From assembly GCA_040954595.2 (NCBI GenBank), contig CM082582.2, positions 3,146,303 through 3,210,302 on the forward strand: 64,000 nt of DNA, given 5' to 3'. The stretch is from Balanoglossus misakiensis (taxonomy: Eukaryota; Animalia; Hemichordata). Shown here piece by piece: positions 45,296-57,262 of the stretch; the stretch's first letter is position 1, and each line of letters starts with the position of its first letter. Below the pieces are notes generated by a model. The model had not been told where the DNA came from and made no database searches. It worked only from the letters and a program-made list of their open reading frames with translations. The position numbers were made by a program, and so were the translations under genes.

Positions 45296-48200
45296 TCACT
45301 CTTCGCCACCTGCAGAACTACATGAGCTAGCAGCACTGCTGTGTCGGCTGCGAATACTTCCACGTCGACTGAATTCCGACCAAAGAGAACTTGTGCTGCC
45401 AAAAGTTCCATCAAAACCTCCCCATGGGTCAGAAGCATAAGCTGCTTCAACAATATTCTTTTCATCGAAATGTTCTGGCATATCATGAATATCATTGTGA
45501 CTTAAATCAATATAAGGTGATCTTTGTAAAGAATCAACAACAGATTGTAAGTTAATCACACCTCTGTCTGTAATGTTATTATAACTCAAGTCAAGATGTT
45601 TTGATCTTTGCAGTTTGGATAATACTTTGCTGAAAATATCAACACCAACATCTCCAATGTTATTATGACTAAGATCCAGGCGTTCCAGCCAACCCATATT
45701 CTCCATCCCTTTACTTAAACTCTCTGCACCAACATCTCCAATGTTATTATGACTAAGATCCAGGTGTCCCAGCCCAGTCGTAGTCTCCATCTTTCTACTT
45801 AAACTCTCTGCACCAACATCTCCAATGTTATTATGACTAAGATCCAGGCGTTTCAGCTCAGTCATATTCCCCATCCCTTTACTTAAACTCTCTGCACCAA
45901 CATCTCCAATGTTAGTATGACTAAGATCCAGTTGTTGCAGCATAGTCATATTCCCCATCCCTTTACTTAAACTCTTTGCACCAACATCTCCAATGTTATT
46001 ATGACTAAGATTCAGGTGCCACAGCCCAGTCATATTCCCCATCCCTTTACTTAAACTCTTTGCACCAACATCTCCAATCTTATTATGACTAAGATCCAGG
46101 TGCAACAGCCTAGTCATATTCTCCATCCCTCTACTTAAACTCTCTGCACCAACATCTCCAATGTTATTATGACTAAGATCCAGGTGCAACAGCCTAGTCA
46201 TATTCTCCATCCCTCTACTTAAACTCTCTGCACCAACATCTCCAATGTTATTATGACTAAGATCAAGGAGTCCCAGCCCAGTCATATTCCCCATCCCATT
46301 ACTTATACTCTCTGCACCAACATCTCCAATCTTATTATGACTAAGATCTAGGAGTCTCAGCTCAGTCATATTCTCCATCCCTCTACTTAAACTCTCTGCA
46401 CCAACATCTCCAATGTTATTATGACTAAGAACCAGGTGCAACAGCCTAGTCATATTCTCCATCCCTTTACTTAAACTCTCTGCACCAACATCTCCAATGT
46501 TATTATGACTAAGATTCAGGTACCACAGCCCAGTCATATTCTCCATCCCTCTACTTAAACTCTCTGCACCAACATCTCCAATGTTATTATGACTAAGATT
46601 CAGGTTCCACAGCCCAGTCATATTCTCCATCCATCTACTTAAACTCTCTGCACCAACATCTCCAATCTTATTATGACTAAGATCCAGGCGTTTCAGCTCA
46701 GTCATATTCCCCATCCCTTTACTTAAACTCTCTGCACCAACATCTCCAATCTTATTATGACTAAGATCCAGGCATTTCAGCTCAGTCATATTCCCCATCC
46801 CTTTACTTAAACTCTCTGCACCAACATGTCCAATGTTATTATGACTAAGATCCAGGCGACTCAGCCCGGTCATATTCCCCATCCCTTTACTTAAACTCTC
46901 TGCACCAACATCTCCAATGTTATTATGACTAAGATCCAGCTGCCACAGCCTAGTCATATTCCCCATCCCTCTACTTAAACTCTCTGTGCCAACATCTCCA
47001 ATGTTATTATGACTAAGATCCAGGTGTCTCAGCCCAGTCATATTCCCCATCCCTTTACTTAAACTCTCTGCACCAACATCTCCAATGTTATTATGACTAA
47101 GATCCAGCTGCCACAGCCTAGTCATATTCCCCATCCCTCTACTTAAACTCTCTGTGCCAACATCTCCAATGTTATTATGACTAAGATCCAGGTGTCTCAG
47201 CCCAGTCATATTCCCCATCCCTTTACTGAAACTCTCTGCACCAACATCTCCAATGTTATTATGACTAAGATCCAGGTGTTCCAGCCCGGTCATATTCCCC
47301 ATCCCTCTACTTAAACTCTCTGCACCAACATCTCCAATGTTATTATGACTAAGATCCAGGCGTTTCAGCCTAGTCATATTCCCCATCCCTCTACTTAAAC
47401 TCTCTGCACCAACATCTCCAATGTTATTATGACTAAGATCCAGGCGCATCAGCCCAGTCAAATTCCCCATCCCTCTACTTAAACTCTCTGCACCAACATC
47501 TCCAATGTTATTATGACTAAGATCAAGGTTCATCAGCCTAGTCATATTCTCCATCCCTTTACTTAAACTCTCTGCACCAACATCTCCAATGTTATTATGA
47601 CTAAGATCAAGGTGTTCCAGCCCAGTCATATTCTCCATCCCTCTACTTAAACTCTCTGCACCAACATGTCCAATGTTATTATGACTAAGATCAAGGTGTT
47701 CCAGCCAAGTCATATTCTCCATCCCTTTACTTAAACTCTCTGCACCAACATCTCCAATGTTATTATGACTAAGATCCAAGTGTCTCAGCTCAGTCAAATT
47801 CCCCATCCTTCTACTTAAACTCTCTGCACCAACATGTCCAATGTTATTATGACTAAGATCAAGGTGTTCCAGCCCAGTCATATTCTCCATCCCTCTACTT
47901 ATACTCTCTGCACCAACATCTCCAATGTTAATATGACTAAGATCCAAGCGTCTCAGCCCAGTCAAATTCCCCATCCCTCTACTTAAACTCTCTGCACCAA
48001 CATCTCCAATGTTATTATGACTAAGATCCAGGCGTTTCAGCCCAGTCATGTAATTTGAACTGATGTCTAAATGTCTCAAAGACAACAGATGCTCAAAACT
48101 GTCAGCAAGTAGTTTAGCACAATCAGTAGTGAAACCAGACTCAGTAATAACTAATTGTTTTAAGTTCTTGAAGAAAAACAAATTTAAACATAACAAGATG

Positions 48201-49744
48201 GTAATGTCAGAAGATAACTTTGAAACATTTATTTGTTCTACAGAGTTTAGTTGTTTGTGCAAATTGAAAATGTCACCCACGGTTTTGAAATGTGTCACAT
48301 GTGATTTGAAATCTCCAACCTGGTTCACAATCTCTTCACAGTCTAACAACCTTTCAAGATTTTCTTCCACCGCATTATTCTCCAACAAAACATTGAATAC
48401 ATCAACCAATGGTAACAATGCTACACACCCAAGGGAACCTAACTTGTTGTTCGAGACGTCTATATCCTTCAGAAATGGAAATGATTTGACAGCTCTCAAA
48501 AGTACATCAATAAAGGTGTATTCTAAATCATTATGTGGCAACTCCAACTGTCTTACTTTTAATGAAATCTTTTCATTTACCATCCTTTCGAAAACCGTTG
48601 TGATAAACACATTATTAAATCCAGTGAAATGGAGTGATTTCAACAGAGGCTCCAATCCCAATGCTTTGACAAGTGCCTGAATTGTTTCATGACCTACATC
48701 CTGAAAGTTGTCATCAACCGCTTCAATAGTCACATCCCTCAGACTGACCTCACTATGACCTCTGACAGATTTTTGTGCAAGAGCCATTAAGAGTTGATGG
48801 AATGTGATATATCTAGTGACCACAGTCAACTCAGTTGAGTTTTTAACTTGAAATTTGACAGTTGATGATGGATTTTCAATCATTACATTCAGGTGTTTGT
48901 TGAACTCTTCTGAAAGGTCTGCCCTTTCTTTATCACTTGTCAAATTAATATTCTGAATAACAGTTGTGTTCTTTACAATAAATGATACCTTATCTAAACT
49001 TTGGCGAGAGACTCTATTTAAATCAACGGCTGACAGATCTAATGGCTGTTGTTTTAACAATTGCTGAATAATTCCTGTAAACTTTTCTGGACATTTTGAT
49101 TCATGAAGGCAACCAGCAAGTAGTGCAAAATATTCATACCTCACTGGATATGACTTTCTTATACATTTTGTGAGTACTTTGAAGAAAAAAGTATCCTTTT
49201 TCTTACCCACAAAAGATCTAAAACGCAAAGCAAGTGGTACTCTGAAGGAAAGTGTTGTTTTATCCTTCATCATACTTGACAAAAAATACAGAGCAATTGG
49301 CATGGACATCAAAATGGTCTGAATTCTATTCTGTTCCAAGAATAATTTTTTGTCTTTCTTCAAATACACAGCAACTGCGTAAAAATATAGATATCGACTT
49401 AAAAAGTAATACTGGTAGGCATATTGTTCAGTCTTTCCAAGAAAACCAAACAAATATGCTTTATTAACATAGGCTTCATTGACAGATATACTTTGATCCA
49501 GAAAAAGTGACTCAGTATGTGCAGAGGCTTGAAATGCTTGTTGCCCAATTTTATAAAGCCTGTCCTGCACTACATCCCAGACATTCTCTATCTCAAGTTT
49601 ATGTTCCCCATAGTGCATTTGTACATTATATTTGATTGCATATTCAGTTGCCTCTGTCAAAGTTGATGGTAAAGTGTAACAATTCTCATACCAGTAAGAC
49701 ACAAGAGAGGGAAAGAAAAATTCTTCTGATCTCAATTCACCCAC
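45296..49744 (-). CDS. Open 1482-codon remnant: NACHT-associated helical/winged-helix region plus RI-like LRR array
   Basis: LPSTLTE, LYKIGQQAF, FGFL, YFLSRYLYFYAVAVYL (NLR HD1/WHD-like), then ~29 28-aa repeats LDLSHNNIGDVGAESLSxGMxNMTxLxx. Confidence 0.85.
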   Translation of the reverse strand: MGELRSEEFFFPSLVSYWYENCYTLPSTLTEATEYAIKYNVQMHYGEHKLEIENVWDVVQDRLYKIGQQAFQASAHTESLFLDQSISVNEAYVNKAYLFGFLGKTEQYAYQYYFLSRYLYFYAVAVYLKKDKKLFLEQNRIQTILMSMPIALYFLSSMMKDKTTLSFRVPLALRFRSFVGKKKDTFFFKVLTKCIRKSYPVRYEYFALLAGCLHESKCPEKFTGIIQQLLKQQPLDLSAVDLNRVSRQSLDKVSFIVKNTTVIQNINLTSDKERADLSEEFNKHLNVMIENPSSTVKFQVKNSTELTVVTRYITFHQLLMALAQKSVRGHSEVSLRDVTIEAVDDNFQDVGHETIQALVKALGLEPLLKSLHFTGFNNVFITTVFERMVNEKISLKVRQLELPHNDLEYTFIDVLLRAVKSFPFLKDIDVSNNKLGSLGCVALLPLVDVFNVLLENNAVEENLERLLDCEEIVNQVGDFKSHVTHFKTVGDIFNLHKQLNSVEQINVSKLSSDITILLCLNLFFFKNLKQLVITESGFTTDCAKLLADSFEHLLSLRHLDISSNYMTGLKRLDLSHNNIGDVGAESLSRGMGNLTGLRRLDLSHINIGDVGAESISRGMENMTGLEHLDLSHNNIGHVGAESLSRRMGNLTELRHLDLSHNNIGDVGAESLSKGMENMTWLEHLDLSHNNIGHVGAESLSRGMENMTGLEHLDLSHNNIGDVGAESLSKGMENMTRLMNLDLSHNNIGDVGAESLSRGMGNLTGLMRLDLSHNNIGDVGAESLSRGMGNMTRLKRLDLSHNNIGDVGAESLSRGMGNMTGLEHLDLSHNNIGDVGAESFSKGMGNMTGLRHLDLSHNNIGDVGTESLSRGMGNMTRLWQLDLSHNNIGDVGAESLSKGMGNMTGLRHLDLSHNNIGDVGTESLSRGMGNMTRLWQLDLSHNNIGDVGAESLSKGMGNMTGLSRLDLSHNNIGHVGAESLSKGMGNMTELKCLDLSHNKIGDVGAESLSKGMGNMTELKRLDLSHNKIGDVGAESLSRWMENMTGLWNLNLSHNNIGDVGAESLSRGMENMTGLWYLNLSHNNIGDVGAESLSKGMENMTRLLHLVLSHNNIGDVGAESLSRGMENMTELRLLDLSHNKIGDVGAESISNGMGNMTGLGLLDLSHNNIGDVGAESLSRGMENMTRLLHLDLSHNNIGDVGAESLSRGMENMTRLLHLDLSHNKIGDVGAKSLSKGMGNMTGLWHLNLSHNNIGDVGAKSLSKGMGNMTMLQQLDLSHTNIGDVGAESLSKGMGNMTELKRLDLSHNNIGDVGAESLSRKMETTTGLGHLDLSHNNIGDVGAESLSKGMENMGWLERLDLSHNNIGDVGVDIFSKVLSKLQRSKHLDLSYNNITDRGVINLQSVVDSLQRSPYIDLSHNDIHDMPEHFDEKNIVEAAYASDPWGGFDGTFGSTSSLWSEFSRRGSIRSRHSSAASSCSSAGGEE
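45640..48050 (-). repeat. 84-bp coding tandem repeat (LRR array), ~29 units
   Basis: Unit ...acttaaactctctgcaccaacatctccaatgttattatgactaagatcc... repeated with an 84-bp period. Confidence 0.97.
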
Positions 49745-49928
49745 AATTGGATGAAATCTAGACTACTGTATCAAATACTTAGCTTGGCTGTTCTCTTCTA
49801 CATGATCTAAAACATATCTCTCCCATTTGTGGCCAGATCCAAATTTTGTAGTGTTTGGGAATACCAGTCTGGCGCCCTCATGAGATGTTGGAGAGTATAT
49901 TATGGTTGCTAGGGAGTATTGATGGAAA

Positions 49929-51091
49929 TGTTCGATCTGTGCTGTTTTTTGGTAACATTCATATGTTTCATGTGTTTACAAATTCATATTTGTGTAAAAG
50001 AAAACGTATCTAGCGATACACGTGATGCATGAAGTGTTATTTGAGGTAATTTTACTGGAAAGATGTCATGTGACGTATTGAGTTATTAGCGAGCTAGGGG
50101 GTTGTTTACTACTTTTTGGGCGTGGGTTGTGACAGGACACGAGGGGAGAGATTCGTTTATGGCGGACGCACCAGTTGATGGAGTTGTTGAAGTCATCGAA
50201 AACTGTCCAAAAGTTGCGGATGTCGACTGACTGAAAGATCAACACTTCTCAATCGTGCTTGGGAGACACCCAGTGGTGCGGCGACAGGAAAATAGACGTG
50301 TCCTGTGGGTTGCAGTGGTTTTCCGGACTCTGGGAGTCGCATAGCCTCGTTCTGACTCTGGGAGTCGCATAGCCTCGTGGCGTTTCCCCGGACCCTCTTT
50401 TGGAGAGCGTCAGAGGAAGCAGGGGCGTCTGGGTAACCGAGACTAGGAGTCGCACGGAGGGCAGCTGGACAGCAAGTGTGCTGGAGGACTCTGGGAGTCG
50501 CACGGAGGTCAAGTGGACAGCAAGTGTGCTGGAGACAGTGGAGTTGCTGTGGAATTTTCTGGAGTGCTGACGTCATCGCTACATACAGACGCGGAACGTC
50601 GAGGCAACGTTTTCCACCGCGAGCGACGAGCGTTCATCACTTTGGGCAAGTACAACAGGGGTTGGGAAACAGAGACTTGAAACATTGGATGATATTTGGA
50701 CAACTCTTTACTCAAATATTCATCATGGGGTTATTTGCATAGAGTTTTATAGAGTTTACATCGATGTAGTTTGCTAAGATAGTGTTATAGAAGACGTCAC
50801 AGAAACAGATCTGTTCATCTTTTCTGGGGGATAGTACAGGGGTATTTTGGTGCACGGCGCCCTCTGGAGTCCGGTGTACGTGGACTACTCTTGTTTTTTC
50901 TACATTAAAGTTATTTCATTACATTATAATATCCTGGTGTGTCACGTGTTGCTTTGGAGATACGGCTCGGTGGTAGGCTCATGCAGAGGAATTCAACGCT
51001 GTGCCTACGGATTCACGCCCTTTGGAATAGATAGGAGTTTCTGACCCGCTCCCTGTGTTTGGACCCCCCACTCGCGTGGGAGTGGGTGACA
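49929..51091. mobile_element. ~1.16-kb LTR-like insertion (solo or truncated LTR) in the NACHT exon
   Basis: GC-richer block bounded by TGT...ACA between two NLR coding segments; internal repeats gactctgggagtcgca and ggacagcaagtgtgctgga; ATTAAA at ~50905. No TSD found, so the left end is uncertain. Confidence 0.6.
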
Positions 51092-54000
51092 CATTCATCA
51101 CATGCAACAGTCCTCACCCAGGTCTTCTTAGGGATGGTGTAGACAGCAGACATATCTGATAGAAACAAAAAATATGTACTACATGTAATTATGCTCAATA
51201 TAATTAACAGACATAATACGTACACACAAAGATGTTGTTTGGCCTGCAGTCTTCTCTAATTAAGTGTCATTCAGTAACATAACTACATGTAGTTAAGAAC
51301 ATTGTCAACAGTGGAAGGTCAGTGAAATCTTGATCAATTTTATCCATTTCAGCAGAAGTCAATGAAAATGAAATTCAGTGAGCACAAAAAATGTATGTCT
51401 ACCTTGAGGCAGCTAAGATACAAAGCTGCCCTCAAGGCAGATTGGTAGATATACACTATGCAATACTGTATAAGCATATATGAATATGTGAAAAGTATAT
51501 GAATGATGCATTATCAAAATTGTGCAGATGTAGTAAATACTCACCATGAAGTATGTGTTTGACAGTCTCAAACTCCTTTTCATCTATCTTCATTCTGATT
51601 CTGACAACACATCCAGCTTTCTCTGCTAAGGATCTCATCTCGGATGTTATTAGGATACCACTCAGCATTTCATCAACTTCTCCAGCTTTGTATTTCTGCC
51701 AGAAATAATCAATGTCCTCCTCCGAAAGGAAACTTAGTAAGAACCACAAAGAGCTTTGCACAACTCCATCAAATCTTGCTTTATGTTGCTCATAGGCCTT
51801 AGCTAACTGTTCCATTACATCTGGGTCATCTCCAGCCATGATTTTCTTAATCTGAAATTCATAAATTGCTGTTATTTGATTAATGAACATCTGTTTCTGC
51901 TTCATTTTCTCCCTTTCAAGTTCCATTTTCTCTCTTTCAAGCTCCACTGTTTCGTTTTCGTTCTCCCTTTCCACCTTCATCTTTTCAAGCTCTATTCTTT
52001 GTTGTTCTGTTTCATGCTCCATCCTTTTCTGTTCCGTTTCAAGCTCCATCCTTTTCTGTTCCGTTTCAAGCTCCATCCTTTTCTGTTCTGTTTCATGCTC
52101 CATCCTTTTCTGTTCTGTTTCATGGTCCATCTTTTTCTGTTCTGTTTCAAGCTCCATTTTCTTGCATTCTGTTTCCACTCTCATCTTTTCCATCTCCATC
52201 TTCATCTTCTTTTCTTCAAAGTCCAGTTTTATTTCACATTGAACAGCTATGGATTGAATAAACAATGAAACAGAAATAATTGTCAGCTGGATGATGACTT
52301 TTGCTGCCAGACTTTTATGCTACAAGTGAAATGATCAAGATATAAACTACTGATCAAATTATATTTTATCTCCCAAATGAGTAATAGAATTTCATCCTAC
52401 TGAAAATAGCGATGTGTTATCAACAGAGCTTAGATGTGTGTTTTGACATCAACTTCCACTGTGGTTTAATATCAAAACATGCAACTGACCACATCCCTAA
52501 GCCATCTGTCATCTTTGATATTTGGGACAGGATTAGATAAAATATCTGGTGGGTAAATGTCCAGGGGGTGACTGTCCTAGAAACTTGAGTGTTCAGGATA
52601 TGTTATTGATAGATGATGGGAAAGAAAGACTCTGTGAAATCATGAAAGAGTACAAGGCAAGAAACATAACTTACTTGGCATCAATGGCCTTTTCCGTTGT
52701 ATCAACTTTGATTTGTGAGTTTCACATGTTGGTTTCTCGTCTGAAACAACAGGAGATGCTGGACTGCCTGTAAGAGAAAAGTTTAAATTTTTAAAATGAC
52801 AGCAGTTCATGGTGAAAAAGAGTGTGTATTTTTAACACTACTGGTCCAATCAAAGAAAGCAATCAAACTGTACTTACCAAGGTTCTGTGGCTGGGGTGAG
52901 AGTTGCTGGGAAGAACAGGCATATTCAAAACTTCCTACACCTTCATCAGTTAAAGGACTCCTTACACTATGGGCTGGTGATTTGGGAATTACCGTGATCA
53001 CTAGAAAACAGAAAAATAAAATTTAATGACTGACATTGCATTTAAAAATCTCATAACGAGATTGCCAGTAATAAAAATATGAAGTGTTAAAAATTACATA
53101 TTGCAGGGGAGAAAAGCCAGTTTTCATTTCTGTATTTCATGAACATTTGTTTCTGTAATCAGTTTAATCTTTAGGAGCCTGCAACTTATAAAATATATTG
53201 TACTTACCCAGGTTTGCTGGTTTGGTTGAGAGTGACTGGGAAGGCTGGCCATCTTCAAAAGTTGCAAAACCTTCACGAGTTGAGGGAGTCTTTCCACTCT
53301 GTACTAATGATTGAGGTGTTGGAACTGGAAGAAAGTAGCAAAAAAATCTAATGACTAAAATTCATACCAGTCTTGTAATAATTAAGATGAATGACATTAT
53401 AAACTTAGATTTACACTATTGGAAAGAAACTTTAAATTTAGCTTATCTATGATATTATCCTACTGTTTTCAATCAATGGCCTGACTTTCAACCTTATACC
53501 AGTAAATGTAAAGGAAATAAACTTACTTTGTGCAGGCTGTGTACTCTGAACTTCTTTGAAACAAGCTCTGAACTTTTCATGACTGTCAGTAATCTCTGTG
53601 TGACTGAGATACATATTCTTCAAACGTGTCGCCGTGGGTACTGCATGTGTTGCTCTCAACATCTTATTGATCTGTTCTGACAAATTCCCATCAACTAAAG
53701 GGTCATACAGGAAATACTTTGCTTCATGGCCTAGGTATGTGTTCATGAAAGTTGCTAAGGCAGTTCTTTCCGGAACTAACACAGGTAGTCCTGCAGCAAT
53801 GGATCGTAATCCCTCCATCCTGAATGGCTCATCAGGTGGTATAATACAGACATTACTCTGGCGTAAAACTCTGTAAATCTCATCTTGAGAGCCGTATGAG
53901 GGATAAATGTTTGGTTCTATGTAGGGGCAATTTAAGTTGCCTGTAAGAAAAGTATTTGTGTTAGCAACATCAGCTTCCGGGGGAGTACGTACACACCACA

Positions 54001-56818
54001 ATGGAACCGTCACATGCATAGAGTTGAATGTACCAGCTGTTTTTCCAACTTCAGCTGCCAGTGTTTTATATCGTGGGGATTCCACAGCTGTATCAGATAT
54101 CACAGTCAGGATTTGTTTCAAGTCACTTGTTTTTTCTATTTGATCCACATTAACATCAAAGAATTCTTTCTCTGGTCTTGGAAGATACAACTCATGTCTT
54201 ACAGGAACTGTGTTTGTTTGGTAGAATTTCTTGTAATGTTCAAAGACATCTGGTCCAACAGAGAAAACTGCAGATGCCTCCTCAGCAAATTTGATGTGTT
54301 TGTCGTGTACTTCAACTGATGGAATGGTGTGATTGATGAGGATAATCTTGGCATCTTTGAAATATCGTTTCCTCTAAACATTTGCAACCAGGAGTTTTGC
54401 TGAAGGCTTGACATGTTCCACAATGTATTTCACATTTTGTAACTCTGTGAGGGTTGTGAAGAATGTCTCTGGAGAAAGAAACCAATCTGGCTTCGGTGTG
54501 TCATTCTTATATCTCTCAATCACATCCTCTTGTATTCTTGGAAGTATCAACTCAACTCCACAATCAGCTGCATCTTTCCTTTCTGCATCACTTGCCTCCA
54601 AAACAACACAGCATGTTTTACGTTGTCTGTCTTCGGCTACACTGCTTGCAAGTTGACAGTTGAGGGCAGATACAGTGTCCTTCACACGATTCCACTTTTC
54701 AGCCAGGAATATGATGGTCTTTTTGAGGTCCTTATCTGAAAAAAAGAACACACAAGATGTTTATTGATTTGCAATGCAAACCTAATTTTATGAAGAAATC
54801 GCACACTATTTAAACACAGCGATATGACAGAAGCAGATTTTGTTACAGAAAAGCAAGACATTTTATCATTTTCTTTTCCTTTTTTTCAAATCGTGCATAA
54901 ATTTGGTAGTGAAAATTTCATTTCCACAAATCCCCATCCCACACTGGTGATGCAAGATAATTCTCCATAATACTTGATTGATGATTATGAATATAATGGT
55001 GCTGGTACATGTAGCTGTCAATACTTGCACCTGGGAATCACTGCATGGTTATCATTAATTGGTAAGATTTTTTTACCTTTCTCATTAGTGTCCTTTCCTA
55101 CTAAAACAGTTTGTTGCCTAGGTGATGGTGACTGTCGTCTTGATGTCAAGGAATACTGTGCATGTCTGTCTATGTGGTGTTGTACACTTGTGGTTTCACC
55201 TTCTGGATCTTTCATCATTGTCGTCATCTCTATCTGTGTTGCAGCTAAAGTAACTGCACTGCTAGCAGCAACATCACCGACATCTGAAATACCTGAAGTG
55301 TATGTAAGAATGAAAGATAAACATTAAAGAGAGAATTAATTGTGCGTGTGTTGTACTCCTTTAAAATATATTTCAATTACCACAGGCACGATCCAAGTGT
55401 TTGACTTCTCAAAATTATTTTGACCACTATTTCTTTTCAAAATTAAGTTTTCATTTCAGTGTTTCAGTCACTTTGACATCACTTCTTTATTGTAAAATGC
55501 TGCAAGTCCTTACCATAAGATCCTGTGGTGGATACTTGAGTTTTGGACTCTACTTCTCTTGTCACTTCATCATATGGATAGTCTTTGTCAAATCCTTTCT
55601 CATATCGAACTTCTACATGCTTCGCTAACAGGTTAAGTCGGGCAATTTTCAACAGCTGAATAAGTGTCTCAGGATTGTCTCTTGATAAATGTCCATGGTC
55701 ACATAATGCTTCGAACAAACTGTACGGACGATTGCTTTTCAAAATTTCTTCCCTTACACTTTTAGGTATTGGAGGGTTCCTTAAAGCAGCTACTGCTTCT
55801 ACCAAACTTCTCAGGCCATCTGTAAGAAAAAGAGAAGAGAATAAACTTGCTATAATATCTCTGTTTCTGAGCCTTGTTCAAAAGGTCAAATGAGACTTTT
55901 TGAAGTTGTCACAGTTGGTAATTCTGCTTTATCAATTTCAAAATGTACAGTGTAACACACTGATGGGACCATGCATATAATGCATTGATATGTGGGATCA
56001 AATTTACAATCTTGTGCAGCACAAAATATTGAGTGAATTTAATTGAGACATTTGTGAGTTAATGGATCTAGCCATGAGAAATTGCAGTCATACACTGATG
56101 TAGGAATCACAATGTCTCCTGAATGGATCATTATCCATAGGGAAGAGAACAAACAGCCCCATCACTGAATTCCACCCTGAATTCTGAAAGCAAAATGAAC
56201 AAAGTTCTACACACCTTCGGTAATATCTTCTGCCAGTTTGATAAGATACAAATTGAAGGGATCAAATAATGGCTTTGTACCGGTAGGTGTTCTTTGCAAA
56301 GATGCCATTTTAACTTGGATTCATCAGAGTGATATACTACAGCTCAAATAACATCTGCTGCACCTGTAAAAAGAATGTACAGACGTATGATTTTACATTT
56401 TAGTATTATTGGTGATTGACCTGAAGCTTGAGCAAAACCGAAAGTTCAAATTTTGTCATTATTAACATGAAACCAAATTGTTTCAATTCAAGTTAACAAT
56501 TTCTTAATCATGGCAGCTCTACTTAACATTATCAGGTAATAAAATTTTCTCATGGTTTATATTGTTGATGCGACTGCATTTTGACAAAAAAATTTCTCAG
56601 GCCTCGACTTATACTAGCTCCCCGGCCCCGCTGTTCAATGGGAAAACACCAGTCCACTGAATCTGAGCAGGTCCATAGTCCAACCACTCCCAAGCTTGGC
56701 TATCTATGTGGACTCTAAAAGACGCGGCCGAGATACTGGCAATATCTATTATTCACAAGTGGTAGGGCTATGTACGAAACTAGTACAGCAGTGGTCTGCA
56801 GAGAGCAACTGTAAACAG

Positions 56819-57262
56819 TAATGAGTTCAATCACAAATTTCAGGTACTTTCCGATGTCATAATGATTCCAGCCTAGTCTGTGAATTTAGCTGAACAATCC
56901 GAAATACTAAGAACGATAATATTTCCCTTCTATCGCTACTTCTGTTTTCGTGATTCCTAATTTGCTACAGAGGAAATAGCTACTGAAAATGCCACTTAAA
57001 GTGACCTCAGGTGACCTCTGAACACATGTAGATTTAAGGTTTAAACAATTATTTTGCAGGAAAGCTGTTCAAAAATCCAATTCAAATGATTCCTCAAGCA
57101 CTTATTTTCCAGATCTGTCAAGAATTATAGATCACAGTAGCAAGAAAACACTTACTTTCAGTTCTGGAACAACTCTTCAAAATCGAGCCTCCAGCTTGCA
57201 CCCTATCACATCCCGCTTCCAGTCACGTGAGTCTGTTAAACATTAACCCAGAGACGCCCTCT
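56819..57262 (-). promoter_or_regulatory. 5' non-coding exon/intron-1 region of the NLR gene, shared with 8338-9355
   Basis: Reverse complement of the 8.3-9.35 kb repeats, including the gaaa|gtaagtg donor. An acceptor ttctttttacag lies at ~56364, just upstream of the ATG. Confidence 0.6.

Larger units (their letters stand above)
45296..56308 (-). pseudogene. NLR-type receptor: DED - glycosyltransferase(GT4-like) - coiled coil - TRADD-N-like - NACHT(partial) - LRR; damaged
   Basis: ATG at 56308. Exons 56308-56215 and 55819-55514 (DED), ~55290-55031, ~54735-53527 (GT-like, in-frame TAG at 54374), three small exons ~52675-53327, ~52245-51545 (heptad repeats, TRADD-N-like). The final exon starts at ~51155, is interrupted at 49929-51091 and has a stop at ~49763. 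Confidence 0.75.

Noticed and set aside
45640-48050. Regular repeat with short variable segments, superficially CRISPR-like
   Set aside because: 84-bp in-frame LRR coding units; the variable part is only a few codons; eukaryotic context and no cas genes.
50193-50742. Overlapping ORFs with repeated peptides
   Set aside because: They arise from internal tandem repeats of the LTR-like insertion.
51876-52268. Phe/Leu/His-rich plus-strand ORFs
   Set aside because: Antisense of the E/K/M coiled-coil repeat exon.
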